Assembly (NCBI GenBank): GCA_002269645.1
Contig: NIVC01003789.1
Span: forward strand, 62,001-126,000
Length of the DNA stretch: 64,000 bases
Source of the DNA: Macrostomum lignano
Lineage: Eukaryota
Reading direction: 5' to 3'
A program made the position numbers and the translations under genes. The notes below the pieces were generated by a model that was given only the letters and a program-made list of their open reading frames with translations, was not told the origin of the DNA and searched no databases. Within the stretch, counting starts at the first letter, position 1, and each line of letters starts with the position of its first letter. Shown here piece after piece: positions 12,463 through 25,471 of this stretch.

Positions 12463-14219
12463 AGTATTGCACATTCTTTTGAATTTTTGCCCCTCTTTTA
12501 ACTTGGAAGTTCCATTCACTTTAGACAACCCATGAGCATGCCCAGACTTGCATGCCCAGACTGAAGACTAGATAGCGTCTGCCTTAATAGGATAATCTGT
12601 GTTTAACTCACTGGGCCTGCTGGAACATAATTGGAACTATGCTACAGATTTCGGCTAAGACACCCAGCTGTACAAACACAATATACATAGTTTCTGTCTT
12701 GGCCTAATGACCGACGGACGGGATGGGGAGCGGGTCCTCCCGCCGGAGACACCCAAGGTCCCAGCCCCAACCCTGGCTATGCCTACGCGACCCTGACCGA
12801 CCCGGCGAGATTTCGCCCTGGCCGATCACCCTGGGACTAGCGAGAGTTCGCCGACCTCAGGTTCCTACTCAATCCCACCGGCCCCTCGCGGCAACCCAGA
12901 AGAAAGAAGCGCGAGCTCACTCCTAGTCATCGATTTAACAGCTTGACGAAGCGTATATTTGGCCGACCAAACGCAGAGCAGCACAAACAGCAACGGACGC
13001 AGAACGCAGACAAACAGACAAACAGTGGGGCGCAGAACGCGGAAAACAGTGGAGCGCAGAACAGACAAGCAGTAGAGCGCAAATCGCAGACAAGCAGTGA
13101 AGTGCCGAATGGGCAGGGCGAGAACTTAAATAGAATACTGTACACCAGAGGGGGGTAGAAAGGAGAGGGGCAGGCCAAACCCTGGGGCTTAAGGCAGCTT
13201 ATCAGCCCGCCAGTCAATGCGAGAGGCCCAGGGTGGGGCGGAGCAAAGAGGGAGGGGTAGGGCAAGCGCACAGATTGGAAAGGGGACTGGGCGCAGAAAA
13301 GACTAGGCCATGGTAGAAGCTTACGCCTCATAAACCCCGGCAAGGGCGCGAGACGGTGGACGGGGCGGCGCAGCATGAAAACACGAAAACAAAAACAAGG
13401 GGCAACAGAAGGGCAGGGTAGACTGAAAGGGCGCTGCACAAGAATAGGATGCTTCAGAAGTAATTAGAATAGTCTGAGTGCAACACATCCAAAAGGCATC
13501 CTCATTTGTTGTATGGTACAGTACACAGACTACATGCTAACGGGAGTCAAACCTTTGTACACAATAATGCAACTACCTTGCACTAAATGCAAATTAGTAG
13601 AGTATACAAAGGATGGTTGCGACCTCACATTACGAGCAATACAGTTTCAACAAGTCCTTTATTTAATGCAGAGGTTTAGCGCCACTGACTAGGTGGATTC
13701 CAGGGATAGCTTGCCGGGGTAGCTTGTTATGTCATTAAGTATGACAGCCTTCCATCGGAAGCACTTTATTTTATCCCTAACTTTCGAATCTTGTCTTGTC
13801 ATGATTCGGACCTTGTTATTTGGTAAAATTCGGATTGCTCACCAGATTAGAGTCAAACCAGATAACATTAAAATTACCTGGTAACGAATCTGGTGGTTTT
13901 ACCAGTTTCGCACCCTAAACAAGCATTGGAAGTATAGTGAATCTGACAAGATTCGCAAATTATCTTGTGGTGTTATCTGGTTTATTTTCCAGAGGGAGTG
14001 AGCTAGCTACCGGTTAGGTACAACAGTAACAACAACCAAAAGCAACAACAACAACAAAAACAACAACACTTGGCACCTCGTCTACGTCGCGGAGGGTAGC
14101 CGCTTCATCTGGGGGCGGTCAAAGAGCGCCAAAACTCGGACACAACGTCGAACGAGCGAGTTTTTTGTATTTACACTCTAAAGAATCTCGCTCAAAGCGA
14201 TCATCCACCAAGCCGCGGG

Positions 14220-14884
14220 AGCGCCCTGCTCATCAACGCAAGCGGAACTCTACGTGGTCAAGCTGGCCTAAATTGGCTCGAAGGGCGCACCAGCAAAGGA
14301 GAAAGCACCGTGATCATTAGCGACAGTCAGAGCACTCTACAGGCTATTAAGGGCTTGAGCAGAAACACCTTGGCCATTAGAGTCAGGAAAATGCTGAGGA
14401 AGCTGGAGGAGGAAGAGAAGGTGGTTAAGCTAATCTGGGTGCCGCGCATTGCGGCTTGACAGGAAACGAGTTGGCGGATGAAGCAGCGAAAGAGGCATCA
14501 ACCTGGGCCCAGGAAGGCATCAAAGTGCCACCCAGCAGCAACAGGAAGTACAGCCAGAGCAAGCTGGGCAGAGATAACGGCAGAAGCCACAGGAGAAGCA
14601 GGGAAACCTATGGAGAGCAGGGGGCGGAGCCCCAGCCGAAGGGCCTGAGCAAGCAGGAAGCGTTTGACTTCAGACGATTCAGGAGTGGCCACTCTATGGA
14701 CCTAGCAGAGTACAGGAAGCGCATAGGTAGACAAGAGGAGGGCTGGTGTACGAGCTGCGGCTTGGAGACCGAGACGCTTGAGCATGTCATGGCGTGCCCC
14801 GTCACGCGCAGCCTTAGGGAGGAACTGGACCTGCATGAGATTCGAGTCTTGAGTAGGAGACCAGGGAACGCGGTCGAATTCTAG
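14220..14884 (+). mobile_element. I-group LINE 3' fragment (RNase H plus C-terminal zinc motif)
   Basis: IISDSQS..LIWVP..(frameshift)..GNELADEAAK, then FRRFRSGHSMDLAEYRKRIG..CTSCG..ETLEHVMAC. Homologous to 52131-53880. Confidence 0.85.
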
Positions 14885-15820
14885 AGGAGGATCTGCAGCG
14901 TCAGAAACAGCACCTCAAAGATTGGGCACCACGCTTAAAAAGGCCCTTTTCCGAGCACAATCTCCCTGGCGTCGATACAGACGAAAACATCGCACCTGTA
15001 TCCATCGACCTGAACTGTCCGTGACAATGTATCGGCTTCAAACTTGTCTTGACACTTTCTGAACAAGGAAGGGGACATCCGAATCGAGAAGACAATTGCA
15101 ATTTTGCATGTTCGAATCATATTAAATTCAAGTGGAAGCAAAAATCATTTCGTAATACTCACATACCAGGTACTGATGTTGTAATACGATAACAACAGCT
15201 TAATTACTTCCAGCGCAGAACTATTAGCTTATTTTCCCGTAGTCTAACCAGGCTTGTATCGATAGAATCCAGGACAAGAATCTTTCGTCGCTTAGCACAC
15301 ACAACGATAAGATAAAAGTGCTCCTTGTGTAAAAAAGGATTTAATGTCTTATTCAAGCCCTGGGAAATATACAGTGAACTAGAAAATTACGAGCTAAAAA
15401 CAACTTTGCATTTGAGAAATGCTAGAGTTACTACGAATTTACTTTTACATACATGTTACAAGAAAAAGCAATTATTCGTACCTTATACACTAAAGTCCTT
15501 TTCGACAAAATTTTCCTCTTAAAAGTAATATTGTTATTATTGATATCCAAAATGCTGTGAAAGTCTCCCTTGCCAATGACAAATTCGTTGGTGCGCCTGA
15601 AGTAAGTGCTGTGCAGTAAGCCGGTAATATCTACACCTTTTTCCATTCTATTTTGGCAAACGTGCAATCAAAGTCAAAATCTTTTCATTCAATTCAGACA
15701 GTTTATGGTAGTTCTTGGCCGGACGTGCATTCAATTCCGACAAATGTGCTTTCAAAAGCGACAATTTTCAAACAAAGCAAACAAGCTACCACGAGAAACC
15801 GACACTTTGCAATCAATTCA

Positions 15821-16126
15821 AACAATTTGCAATCCATTCCGACAGTTGGCTATGAATTGGCTTTTTTCTGTCCTCCTATCTATGGCTCATACTAATACGC
15901 TCGTAATGCCGAATGCAAAAGTGAGTGACAACGATCGGCAGAGGCTCATCGACGCACACGCAAACGGAGACGATTTTGGGCATCTTGCTCGAGTATGTAC
16001 TCCAGTGGCTTGTCTAAATAGATTGAAATTTGTCGGAATTGATTGGAAATTTCGCAGTATGAGCCATAGATAGGAGGACAGAAAAAGCCAATTCATAGCC
16101 ACTGTCGGAATGGATTGCAAATTGTT
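15821..16126. mobile_element. Non-autonomous TIR element piece: ~72-bp inverted arms around a Tc1/mariner-like N-terminal HTH stub
   Basis: Arms 15821-15893 and 16056-16126 are near-perfect reverse complements. The enclosed + strand text is MPNAKVSDNDRQRLIDAHANGDDFGHLARV. Confidence 0.55.
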
Positions 16127-16135
16127 CCCTTTTGT

Positions 16136-16633
16136 CTATGGTTTCCGGCATTCATACTTGCGGTAACAATTTAATTGTTTGTCGGCTTTTTTCGATTGTT
16201 GCCGGATTTCAGACGAATGTATTTGGCTATCAAAACAAGGAACAACAATAGCAACACGGCGAAAGTGCTTTCGAAGGGATGAATAGAAAAGCCTCAGATA
16301 ATCGTTCAAAAATCGATCCGGAACACGCTCAAACTCCTGGCAGAGCCCCTTCTCGTTGAGGAACTGTCGGAACCTTGCCACGTGAAGCTTCCGTTGCGTC
16401 TCGGTCGATTTCGGCACTGAGTCACTCTCAAGTCGGTCCAACATTTCCAGATCTTCGCTACCTAGCTCAGGCAGCCCGTTGGAACTGGACGACGCATCCA
16501 GGTTGTCCATCTCCAGAACGTAGCGCGTGCTCGACTCTCGGGTGACAAAAGCCAACTCGTCCGTGGAGAGTCCACATATTTCTCCGCCAGGAATGTTTGC
16601 GTAGCGAATCATAGCTACTTTTCCTATTTGCAC
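16136..16633 (-). mobile_element. Crypton-like tyrosine recombinase N-terminal fragment
   Basis: SVPKSTETQRKLHVARFRQFL..LNDYLRLFYSSLRK matches the Crypton core-binding pattern. Bracketed by GTCTATGG (16134) and CCATAGAC (16869). Confidence 0.65.
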
Positions 16634-16908
16634 TCCGAATAGGAGAATTAATTCAAGCTCAAAATCAACTTGAGAATTAACTCATGGCAGCCAGGCTAGC
16701 TGTCTTCACTGTCCTTTAAATTTGCCATAAACGATTAATTATCTCTACAACCCTTTCATTTAGAGAGCAACTAAATTTGCCATTGACGATTGATTATCTC
16801 TACAACCCTTTCAAAGCGCATTCCGGCAACAATCGCATTTCATACTCAGCATCCGCACTATGTCTGGGCCATAGACAAGGGAAGTCAAAAGGGTACAATA
16901 ATGACATG

Positions 16909-16998
16909 TACCGATTTTTTTCGGCAGCAATTGCTCTACTAAGCTTCAGCCGCTACGCGGCTTCAGCTTACGCAATTGCTGCCGAAAAAAAATCGGTA
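16909..16998. repeat. 26-bp inverted repeat with ~37-bp spacer (MITE-like)
   Basis: taccgatttttttcggcagcaattgc versus gcaattgctgccgaaaaaaaatcggta. Confidence 0.8.
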
Positions 16999-18254
16999 TA
17001 TATCGTTACATTGTTTGAATTGATCGCAAAGTGTCGGTTTTTCGTGGCAGCTTGTTTGCTTGGTTTGAAAATTTTCTAGTTTGAAAACTAGACGGAGTGG
17101 CCGAGGGCGGCTATAGGCTGCAGTTAGGCAGACGATGGAGCGGCGATGCGCTGAAGCGGCGAGGCGCTGGTGTCGTTCAGGCATTGCTGATGATGATTGG
17201 CGGTAACAGACCGCGGACCGGCAGACGAGCTCACTTGGGGAGCTGAGATAACTTGGCGGTAACAGACCGCAGACCGGCAGAGGTTCGTCTTATAGACGAA
17301 TAGGTCAGAGCAACGTCTGACAGCAAGTCCACAATAGGACGCTTGAGAAGAAGCGCGAAAAGGTTTGAGGATTCTCATGCCGAAAACCGCTTCCTTATAT
17401 AGTCTTCCCAGCCGCCGCTCCAAGGTCGTTTCCATGACTCCCTCTCTCTGATTGGCTGCCGGCAGAATGACGTCATAATGAGTCATGATGAGAAGCATGA
17501 GAACGGCATAGCAACATAAGAAATGGGAAAATTGCGCAATCCGGAGGTGGGGTGGGGGGTAATTGGCGCAGCGGGAGGTCGCGAAAGTGTTGCGCAAGCA
17601 AACATTGAGAACAATGGGGCTGGGGTCGAGGACAAAGGAAATAGAAAACGGGAATAATTGGGGAGAATCGAGAACAATAGAAAAGCAAACATTGGAGAAA
17701 ATGTGATAATTGGGTACGAAAACGAGAACAAAAGAAAAAGAAAATCGGAGAAAATGTGATAATTGGGTGCGAATAGGAGAACAAAAGAATCGAAAACGAG
17801 AACAATAGAAGCGGAGGTGGGGTGGGTGTCGCATGAGAAATTTGGGGAGGAGAACAATAGCATGAGAAAAGGTTGCGCAAGAGAGGGGGATGAGTCATCG
17901 ATGAGTCATCGAGGGGAAAGAGGGGTCACACGACTTGTGTCACCGTTTGAGAGTTTGAGAAGGGATGGGGGAACGGTGAGCGCACGAAGTACTGTAAGTA
18001 GACACTGAAAAAGGAGGAACAGCGCAGAAAAATAGTGCAAAAAGAGACCAAAAGATGGGGGACAGGAGAAGTACATAACGAATAGGGTAGAGCGCATAGG
18101 AGATAGGGTAGAGGGGGAGGTACAGAGAGGGACAGGGAGCTCCGGAAAGGCATGTGTGGCGGCCAGGAAGACGGAACCGAGGCAGCAGGAGGTGCAGCAG
18201 AGCGGGAATCTGCAGGCCTGGTCAGAGACTGAGCAGTCGCTCAGTGACGTAGCT

Positions 18255-19096
18255 GTCGTTTAGGCCTTGCATGAACTGCTCGAGAACTATTTGCTCCACA
18301 AAGACCTGGGCTCCCAGTTCCGGGTGCGCCCGAATCGTCAACCGTTGAAGCTCCATCGGGTACTTTTAAAAGCTCTCGTCAGATTTCCGATGTCGAGCAC
18401 GGAACTCGCGATGAGGAAGGGCTGCAATCTTGGCACCACCGTGACGTGAGCGGTGGTGTTCTACCAGATCCTCGTAGTCCACCCTAGGTAGCTGATCCAA
18501 TGTTAACCCGGGTGGTAGACCGAAGTACGCGCACTGCATTGCCAGCCAGGTAGTGTACGTTGCGTATGCCGGACCTTCTCGATGTCCGGGAGGCCGGGGA
18601 ATCGACCAATGTGAGCGCCGATCCTGACGAGGAAGTCGTCGAAGTCTTCACGGCCGTTGTATGGCGGAGGATTTGGCTCCGAGGGAAGAGCAAGCCGTTG
18701 ATTAGCCACTGGCAGTGCTGCATAAGCCAGCAGGAGGTTAGGCGGGGCGTACTCCAGCTCCGGGACATGTCGAGCTGGACGGTGAACATCTGCATGGAAC
18801 AGGTTTATTGAATACGACTGCGGCTGTGTCATCCGTGGATCTTCGTCTGTGATGAATGGGTTTGTCGATCTGCTGGCTGCTGCAGACACAAACGGGTTGT
18901 ACGAACTCGAACTGGACGCGATGCTTGGCTCCGCTGATGCAGCTGCATCTGCCGTGTTTGCTCGTCTGACGAGTCGTTCTCGAAGCTCCAGGATGTCGTC
19001 GTCGTTCGGGACTCGTTCTACATAATGAAGCACTAGCGTGGTCGCCAAATATAAATGCCCACGTCTCAGTTTGAAATAATGAAGTCGTGCAGACAC
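18255..19096 (-). mobile_element. LTR retrotransposon gag fragment
   Basis: PPPYNGREDFDDFL motif in ORF 18503-19096. A frameshifted continuation reads EFRARHRKSDESF..LQRLTIRAHP..VLEQFMQGL. Confidence 0.65.
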
Positions 19097-19717
19097 CAGG
19101 CAGTTACTTGTTGGCTGAACTCATTGGTCGAAAGGAGAGAAAACCCTTAAAGATTCTGGCTCAAACCATTACTGTATTTATAGTGATTGGCGATGATTCC
19201 AGATTACGTGCGATAGCTTAAAAGCGTAATTCACGTGCAGGACTAAAACCGATTCGAGCATCTAAGCGAGTCGGGGAAACGAGGCCCGGAGGGAAATTTG
19301 AGGCCTGTGTGACTTTTAGTGTGAGCTTGTGTGAGCTTTTCTGTGTGAGCTTTTAAGCAGGGAAAAGATCACACACAAAAGCTCCCACAAATGGTGAAAA
19401 CGCTCGCACAATGCAACGATCTCTACAGATCTCGGAGATTTAGGTGTAAAATTTTCACCCCACCTACTGACAGTAGGCTACTAAGTGGATGTAACGTCCC
19501 GTTTATATAGTTAGTAGCATATGCACCTGATTTTGACTTTATAGTTTTGCAATTGAATGTCCATGCAATTGCACGCTATGGCGTAGTACTGCAATTGTGG
19601 TTACGATTAGAAGCCACAGCTTCCTCTAACGAAGAGAGAGACTAATATATATGTAGATACACAGCATTTCTATTCGACTGGAATACAGCAGTCAGATGCA
19701 GAAGGAAGCAGTGCGTT

Positions 19718-20077
19718 TTACAATGTAATTAAACAGAATGCAATGCGATCGAAGTTGCAAAAAGCGCGAAAGAAGGCAGCTGCAAAATGTACGGATAAAG
19801 GCTTTGCCAGCCAGTCGCCTCGCGTACTCGCAGCCTTGCCACACCGTGCACGCTGCAGCGTTGATCTTGTTGGCAGTCGTAATCCAATGCTGCGTGACAT
19901 CTTGGGCTGTAATGCAGCAGCCCAGTGGCAAGACGCAGAGATGCCTGAGGCCAGACAGTATACGTACCTCTCACGACTCTTAATTGGAAACTTGTGGAAG
20001 CGAAGTCCTGGTACATTTCTATCCGCATATGATCTGCATCCGTACGATGCGCACTGCAGACGTGGCGCTGTCGGCAT
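19718..20077 (-). pseudogene. THAP-domain-like fragment
   Basis: MPTAPRLQCASYGCRSYADRNVPGLRFHKFP..WAAAL..VHF resembles the THAP C2CH pattern (C-x4-C..F..FP..W..HF); the third Cys is not clean. Confidence 0.5.
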
Positions 20078-22608
20078 GACGACCCGAGAAGACGAGAAGC
20101 TACCAGAAACAGTTGATTTATTGCAGCTGCAGTAGTGGAAATTAGATAAAACCAAGAAGCGTATGGAACGCAACAGTATTGCGGAGGCAGCCGATGAGAA
20201 ATAACAAATGGTTGAAGACAAGATCCATCCAAATAGTAATGAGTTGAAGGAATATATGAGAGTATAGGAATGCAATGTTTAAGCCATTGACAAAATAGTG
20301 GTGATAATCGCGATAATCGGTGATCATCGCAGGAGTTGCATGTCATGAATACATTTTTGCCACGTTTTTTTATGCAGAGGGGTCGATTGAGCATTCTGGT
20401 GTATTCTGTAGTCTCAACCGCCTCAGCTGGAGGTTCCGTCGCAGCGGCCGCAGCAGTCGCTGCAGCCTCAGCCGGACGCTCCGTCGCAGCAGTCGGAGGA
20501 GTCGTCGCAGCCGGAACCGTAATATGTGCTGCATGTCCCGGCACATGTCGAGAACACGTGCCACGTTCTCAGCTCCTGTCTCCATGGACGCAAACTGCCT
20601 GCTGATCTGGGCATGAAACTCCGCTGCCTCCCGGTCCCGATCGGCGAGTTCCGCATGCAGCTATTGACATCGCATGCATGGCATTGGGATATGGGCAGCG
20701 TCTTGGCAGTGCTCGTCTGAGCCGGTCGAGCAACCAGACTGCGAAACTTCTTAAAGCTGGTTGAGAGCGACAGTGCTAGTGCCTTGTTGTCCACGGCGTC
20801 CGTTAAGACGGAGGCACGCTGCACACGGTTTCTTCTCACTGAAACGCCTGCCTCCCTGCCGTAACAGAGGTTACTCGGAAGAGACGCTTCGCTGTCTTCA
20901 TTGAACACCGCCAGCTGTTGTCGACCAGCTACAGCAATCTCCTGCGGCGTTGTACTATTATCATACATTACGACATACCAGGAGCCACAGTCTGCAACCA
21001 GATGACGGCAGATATGTAATAAAATGCACCTGTCGGAAAGCGTATGATATGTCGTCTGAGTAACATCTGGCATTTGATTACCGGCGTTCGCCATTGGCAG
21101 GGAATGCAGCGCGTGCGATCTGCAAAAGCATTAATGCAGTAAGTCTGTATAGCAGCCAGCCCACAGTGGCCACAGGTACATGTATTCACATTTTTAGTAC
21201 GGACAAAGAAATTAGGCATTACTAAAGAATTGATTTCTGGCATAAGTTTTTTTTTCTAATTTACATAATTTATGTTTTATTGAAGCTTTAATGAAGCTGA
21301 AATTCTTCATTTCCATTGGCTTCAATTTGAAATTGTACAGTTTTAGTTAGCTTTCTTGGGCATTTGGTATACTTAATAGAAAAAGTATATTTATTAGAAA
21401 GTGAAATTCTAATAGCATTTTTCAAGCTAGTAGAAAGTGCGAGCATGGAACTAAATACACCATTTTACCCTCGATTTTGAACAAGAACTTCAAAACCGAC
21501 AAACCCCTCTTCAATATTGACACTCTATGGTCGGGCACTCAAAATCTACAATCGATATTGACAGATGAAGCTTTAATTTTGACAAACTCTGGTTCAATTT
21601 TGACGATGCACTTTTAGTCATCTTCTGGGAGAATTGTGAATTCAGTAACAAAGTAATCCAATGAAAGCCTGAACAGGGCTGAATTTATCTGGGCAAAATC
21701 AGCTCATTCTGACTTTGCTTTTGGGATCTACAAGTATTGCTAAAATTGCATGACACGCGAAAAAAGAACTATCCCCATTTTTTCGACACTATTTCGGCTA
21801 AAAATCATTAAAACATAAAACTAAAAGACCTATAGGCCATATGAAAAAAATGAGAAACTGCTCCAACTCAAGCATTTACTCGGGCCTGTATGAATAAACT
21901 GAGAAATTTTTCTCAAGAGAATTCGCTCAGATTTCAGAGCAAATACTCTGAGATTGAGCAATTACTCAGGTCAATAAGAATAAAACTACTACCATAGACT
22001 AAATTTCTGAGCAATTTAATGAGATTCCTCATTAAATTCATTCCTCATTCCTCATTCCTCATAAATTTGATGAGGACGCACTTTTTTCCAAACCCCGCGC
22101 TAGCACATGGGCTCTAAACTTACTAGCCTACTAACAGTGGGCAATGGGCATTTTTATCCTTTTTCTGCGATTTGTCGTATAATCTATAGTAGATATAATG
22201 TTTGGTCATACTAGTAGTCGTAATAACATAGGCGCAGCTTTTTGGGTCATAAATCATCGCTCTCGAAGCTGGTTTGACAGCCACCTGCGCCTCACTCAGT
22301 GTTGAGGCGGGCGCCACATGTTCTGAGGGGATGCGAATGATAGCTTTTTTCTCATCATTTTTGACAGGCCATCAGATTTATGAGGTCAGAGCCTATTGTT
22401 CGGGTTCACTCAAGCGTGTGACAGTTTTGACAGCTATGCGTTTTACCCCTAAAAGTACTTTGGGATTAGCGATTAGCGATTTCTCTTCATTATCTTCACT
22501 CTCTATTTAATAAGAGCTTTCTAATGAATATTTTTTCATTCATTTTTTTCAATTCTACGCGAAAAGTCATAAATCATTTTGTTGCGATTTTGAGTGATTT
22601 ATGGCCGC

Positions 22609-24220
22609 ACCTGTCATGTTTTTTACGACCCTGTGGGAACTGATAGGATCTCCCGGTCACGTGATTTTGGGTGGCAACTAGCTCATCCAATCAGAAAATT
22701 CGACGCTCATTTTAACAAATCGGCTCAGCCAATCAGAATCGACGTGTTCCATTATAACAAACTGCGGTCCAGTTGGCGGCTATTTAAACCGGTGTTTTTG
22801 GCCCGCTCGGACTGCAACCTTCTTGCGACCGGGTGCTACCCTTGGCTCCACCGGCCAGGGACTGACCGTCGTTTCTTGATCCCCGGATTGCGACTTCCCC
22901 CGTCATCATCAAGGACGAATCCCCCCGGTCATCAGCAGTGAACATCAAAGTGAAGAGCATCACCTGCTAGCTATCAGCGAAGATTGTGACATCAGCATCA
23001 TCCCGGGCCTACAGCTGCGAAGCACTAAGCCGATTCGGTCACTGTGGATTACCTGGTCTCCGGCTGTTGAGTTTCTGATTGGTTAGGTGAGAGGCTGCCC
23101 AAGGACTTCTAGACTAGCTAGTCTAGCTTGAGGCTGCCTAGACTTGCTAGATTGGGTGATTCCTTATCTGTCCCCTGTTTCAGTAGCTGGATTAGGCGCA
23201 CACTTTTGCTCATTTTGTTCAGTAGTGCTGTAATCGAGGCAGAAGTCATTCAATAATACTGCTAGTAGTCTAAAACTCCAATTCAATCTGAAGTGTGAAG
23301 TGATCTAAGGAGAAGGTTAAATCTAACAGTTATTTTTATCGGTTTTATTCCTTTGTTCGCCGATGGCTCAGATGAATAGCTAAGCTAGTAGGCGCCGGTC
23401 ACAGTGGACCAATGGCAAGGCAGTTCTCAATCGATCAATCTATCAAATAAGTTAGCGAAACTGCCAGTAGTGCAGAATCGGCGCCAGAGATGTTCTTTGT
23501 GCACTCTAAGTTCGCCAAGCGGCTCGGGTAATGAATCATGCGGTCTCTGAAGTTCGAGTTAGTCTATCATCAGCGCTATGAGAAGCTAGTTGGCGCGTTG
23601 AAGGCCAGAAGTACAATTCCTCGTATTTAGCAATGTAATAGTACATGTAGCTACCCCATAGTCTCGCCACTGCAAGAATACCCTGCACAAGTCCCCTATG
23701 TACCTGCATGGCCAATGCGATCTAGTCCCAGCAGTGTCCCTTATCATCGGCTATGACTTCGAGATTGACAGCAAAAAGACACTAGTTGGCAGGTAAGTGC
23801 AAAGCCCCTTCTAGTCGGAAGCCCGATTTCGAGAGTCCCGGTGTGGTGAGCCAGGATATACGGGCTGGTGGCAGCGAGTTAGCTAATCTGCGGATTAACT
23901 AATTTCTACCTTCAAAATTCTCCCTGCTTGTCTCTCGCTGTCCCTCTCTTAGCTATAGGACCTAGACTGCTCGCCACACGATCAAGCTACCATGGGCTGA
24001 CCATCTGACAGGAGTGGGGGGCCGGGACTCTAATTGATTTATTTCTGAGACCTGAGGCCTGAAGGCTTCCCCAAATGGGGGCCGGAAGGTCGAAACCCAT
24101 CAAATTCCCCTCGCACCACCGTTCGACGTAAACAATGCCAGTGAGGCCGCGAAAAGAGCGGCCGGAGTCCAGCGCCGGAACGCTATCGCCGACATCATGT
24201 TCAGGCATGGGCCATGACAA
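22609..24220. mobile_element. Possible solo LTR-like segment
   Basis: TGTCATG...CATGACA ends, repeated CCAATCAG boxes and TATTTAAA near the start. No matching TSD found. Confidence 0.3.
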
Positions 24221-24827
24221 ACTGCGTCGCTATCCGTACTGACTTACCTCATGCTGCTTACGTTTGCTGTTTTTTCATATTTGTCTAAAACTTGATAAAG
24301 CCACGTTAAAGCGAGCGTTAAAGTGTCAACCCCAGCCTGTATATGGACATTCAATGTTATCCTGCCGAGTGCGTTAATGTGGGCCATAGAGAGTGCGTGA
24401 ATGCGGTTGCGGCCATAGACAAAAAGAGTAACTATGTTTTATCATAGAACTTGAAACATAGAGGAGATTGAATACATGTATATTATGACTGAAGGTGGTG
24501 TATACGACAATTGCAAACCAAGCAATTATATAGAAAAAGAGTAATAGCACAATTGCGGCAGTGTGCGTAGCATAATTCCCTTTAAAGAGTATATAGATAT
24601 AGATATGTATATGTACCTGTAGCTGGTACTTATAAAAATGGCTGGCTGGCTGGCTGGCTGGCTGGAAGGCTAGTGGCTATATTTTCAGGAAATTGTGCTT
24701 AGCATAATTCCTAAATAGTGCGCGACATACCAGCTAGATAGATAGCAAGCAGCAAGTAAAAATTATCAATATGCAATTGCACAGCTATTTCAATATAGTT
24801 ATAAATGCCATGCAACATTGAGCGCTA

Positions 24828-24865
24828 GAAATAGTGCTTGGCACCTCGGTGCCAAGCACTATTTC
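24828..24865. repeat. Perfect palindrome GAAATAGTGCTTGGCACC-TC-GGTGCCAAGCACTATTTC
   Basis: 18-bp perfect inverted repeat with a 2-nt centre, flanked on both sides by AGCGCT; homolog of 5812-5851. Confidence 0.95.
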
Positions 24866-25260
24866 AAAGCGCTTTGAACCCTTCAACCTGCAGCCATGTC
24901 CAACCAACCAGCCGACGAAGTAGTAGCTACTGCTAATATTAAAACCAACACTATACGACTATAGTCTAATAAACGCTAGGAAAAATGTTATAACAATGGG
25001 CACGTAAACAATAAGAGAAAGGGATAGAACGCATAACAACGCGCGCAATATGAGGCGCAGATGCATTGTAATTATGAGATGAAAATATTGAAAAATATTG
25101 GGGCCAACATACATATAAAGGAGAGATGAGACAGTTACAACAAAAAAGAGAATCATCTACATTTCACTATTACTAATTAATTCAGTTATGTTAATAGCAG
25201 CACTTATTAATTAATTAATTTACCTCAAGAGACACTCTAAGTTTGCATAAAAATTTGCAG

Positions 25261-25436
25261 CAATGGTAAAGCGCACATTTACTAGATTTCATATAATGGT
25301 AAAGCGGTATTTAAAGTTTTAACGTTGTGGTAAAGCGGCCAACAGTTGAAATTTGCAGACAATGGTAAAGCGGTACTATTTAAGTTTAAACGTTGTGGTA
25401 AAGCGGCAAACAGTTAAAATGGTAAAGAGGCGGTAG
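25261..25436. repeat. Array of RTGGTAAAGCG motifs (iteron-like)
   Basis: Six near-identical motifs about 25-35 bp apart, with a ~66-bp higher-order duplication. Confidence 0.8.
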
Positions 25437-25471
25437 ACGCGCAGCATGCCTTGAAATTGATGCTTGGCACC

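Noticed and set aside
12700-13440. Purine-skewed low-complexity tracts with ORFs (also 17470-18200)
   Set aside because: Composition-driven ORFs, probably retroelement UTR remnants; no domain evidence.
14901-15101. DTGA aspartic-protease-like motif
   Set aside because: A single short motif in a 66-aa ORF without supporting context.
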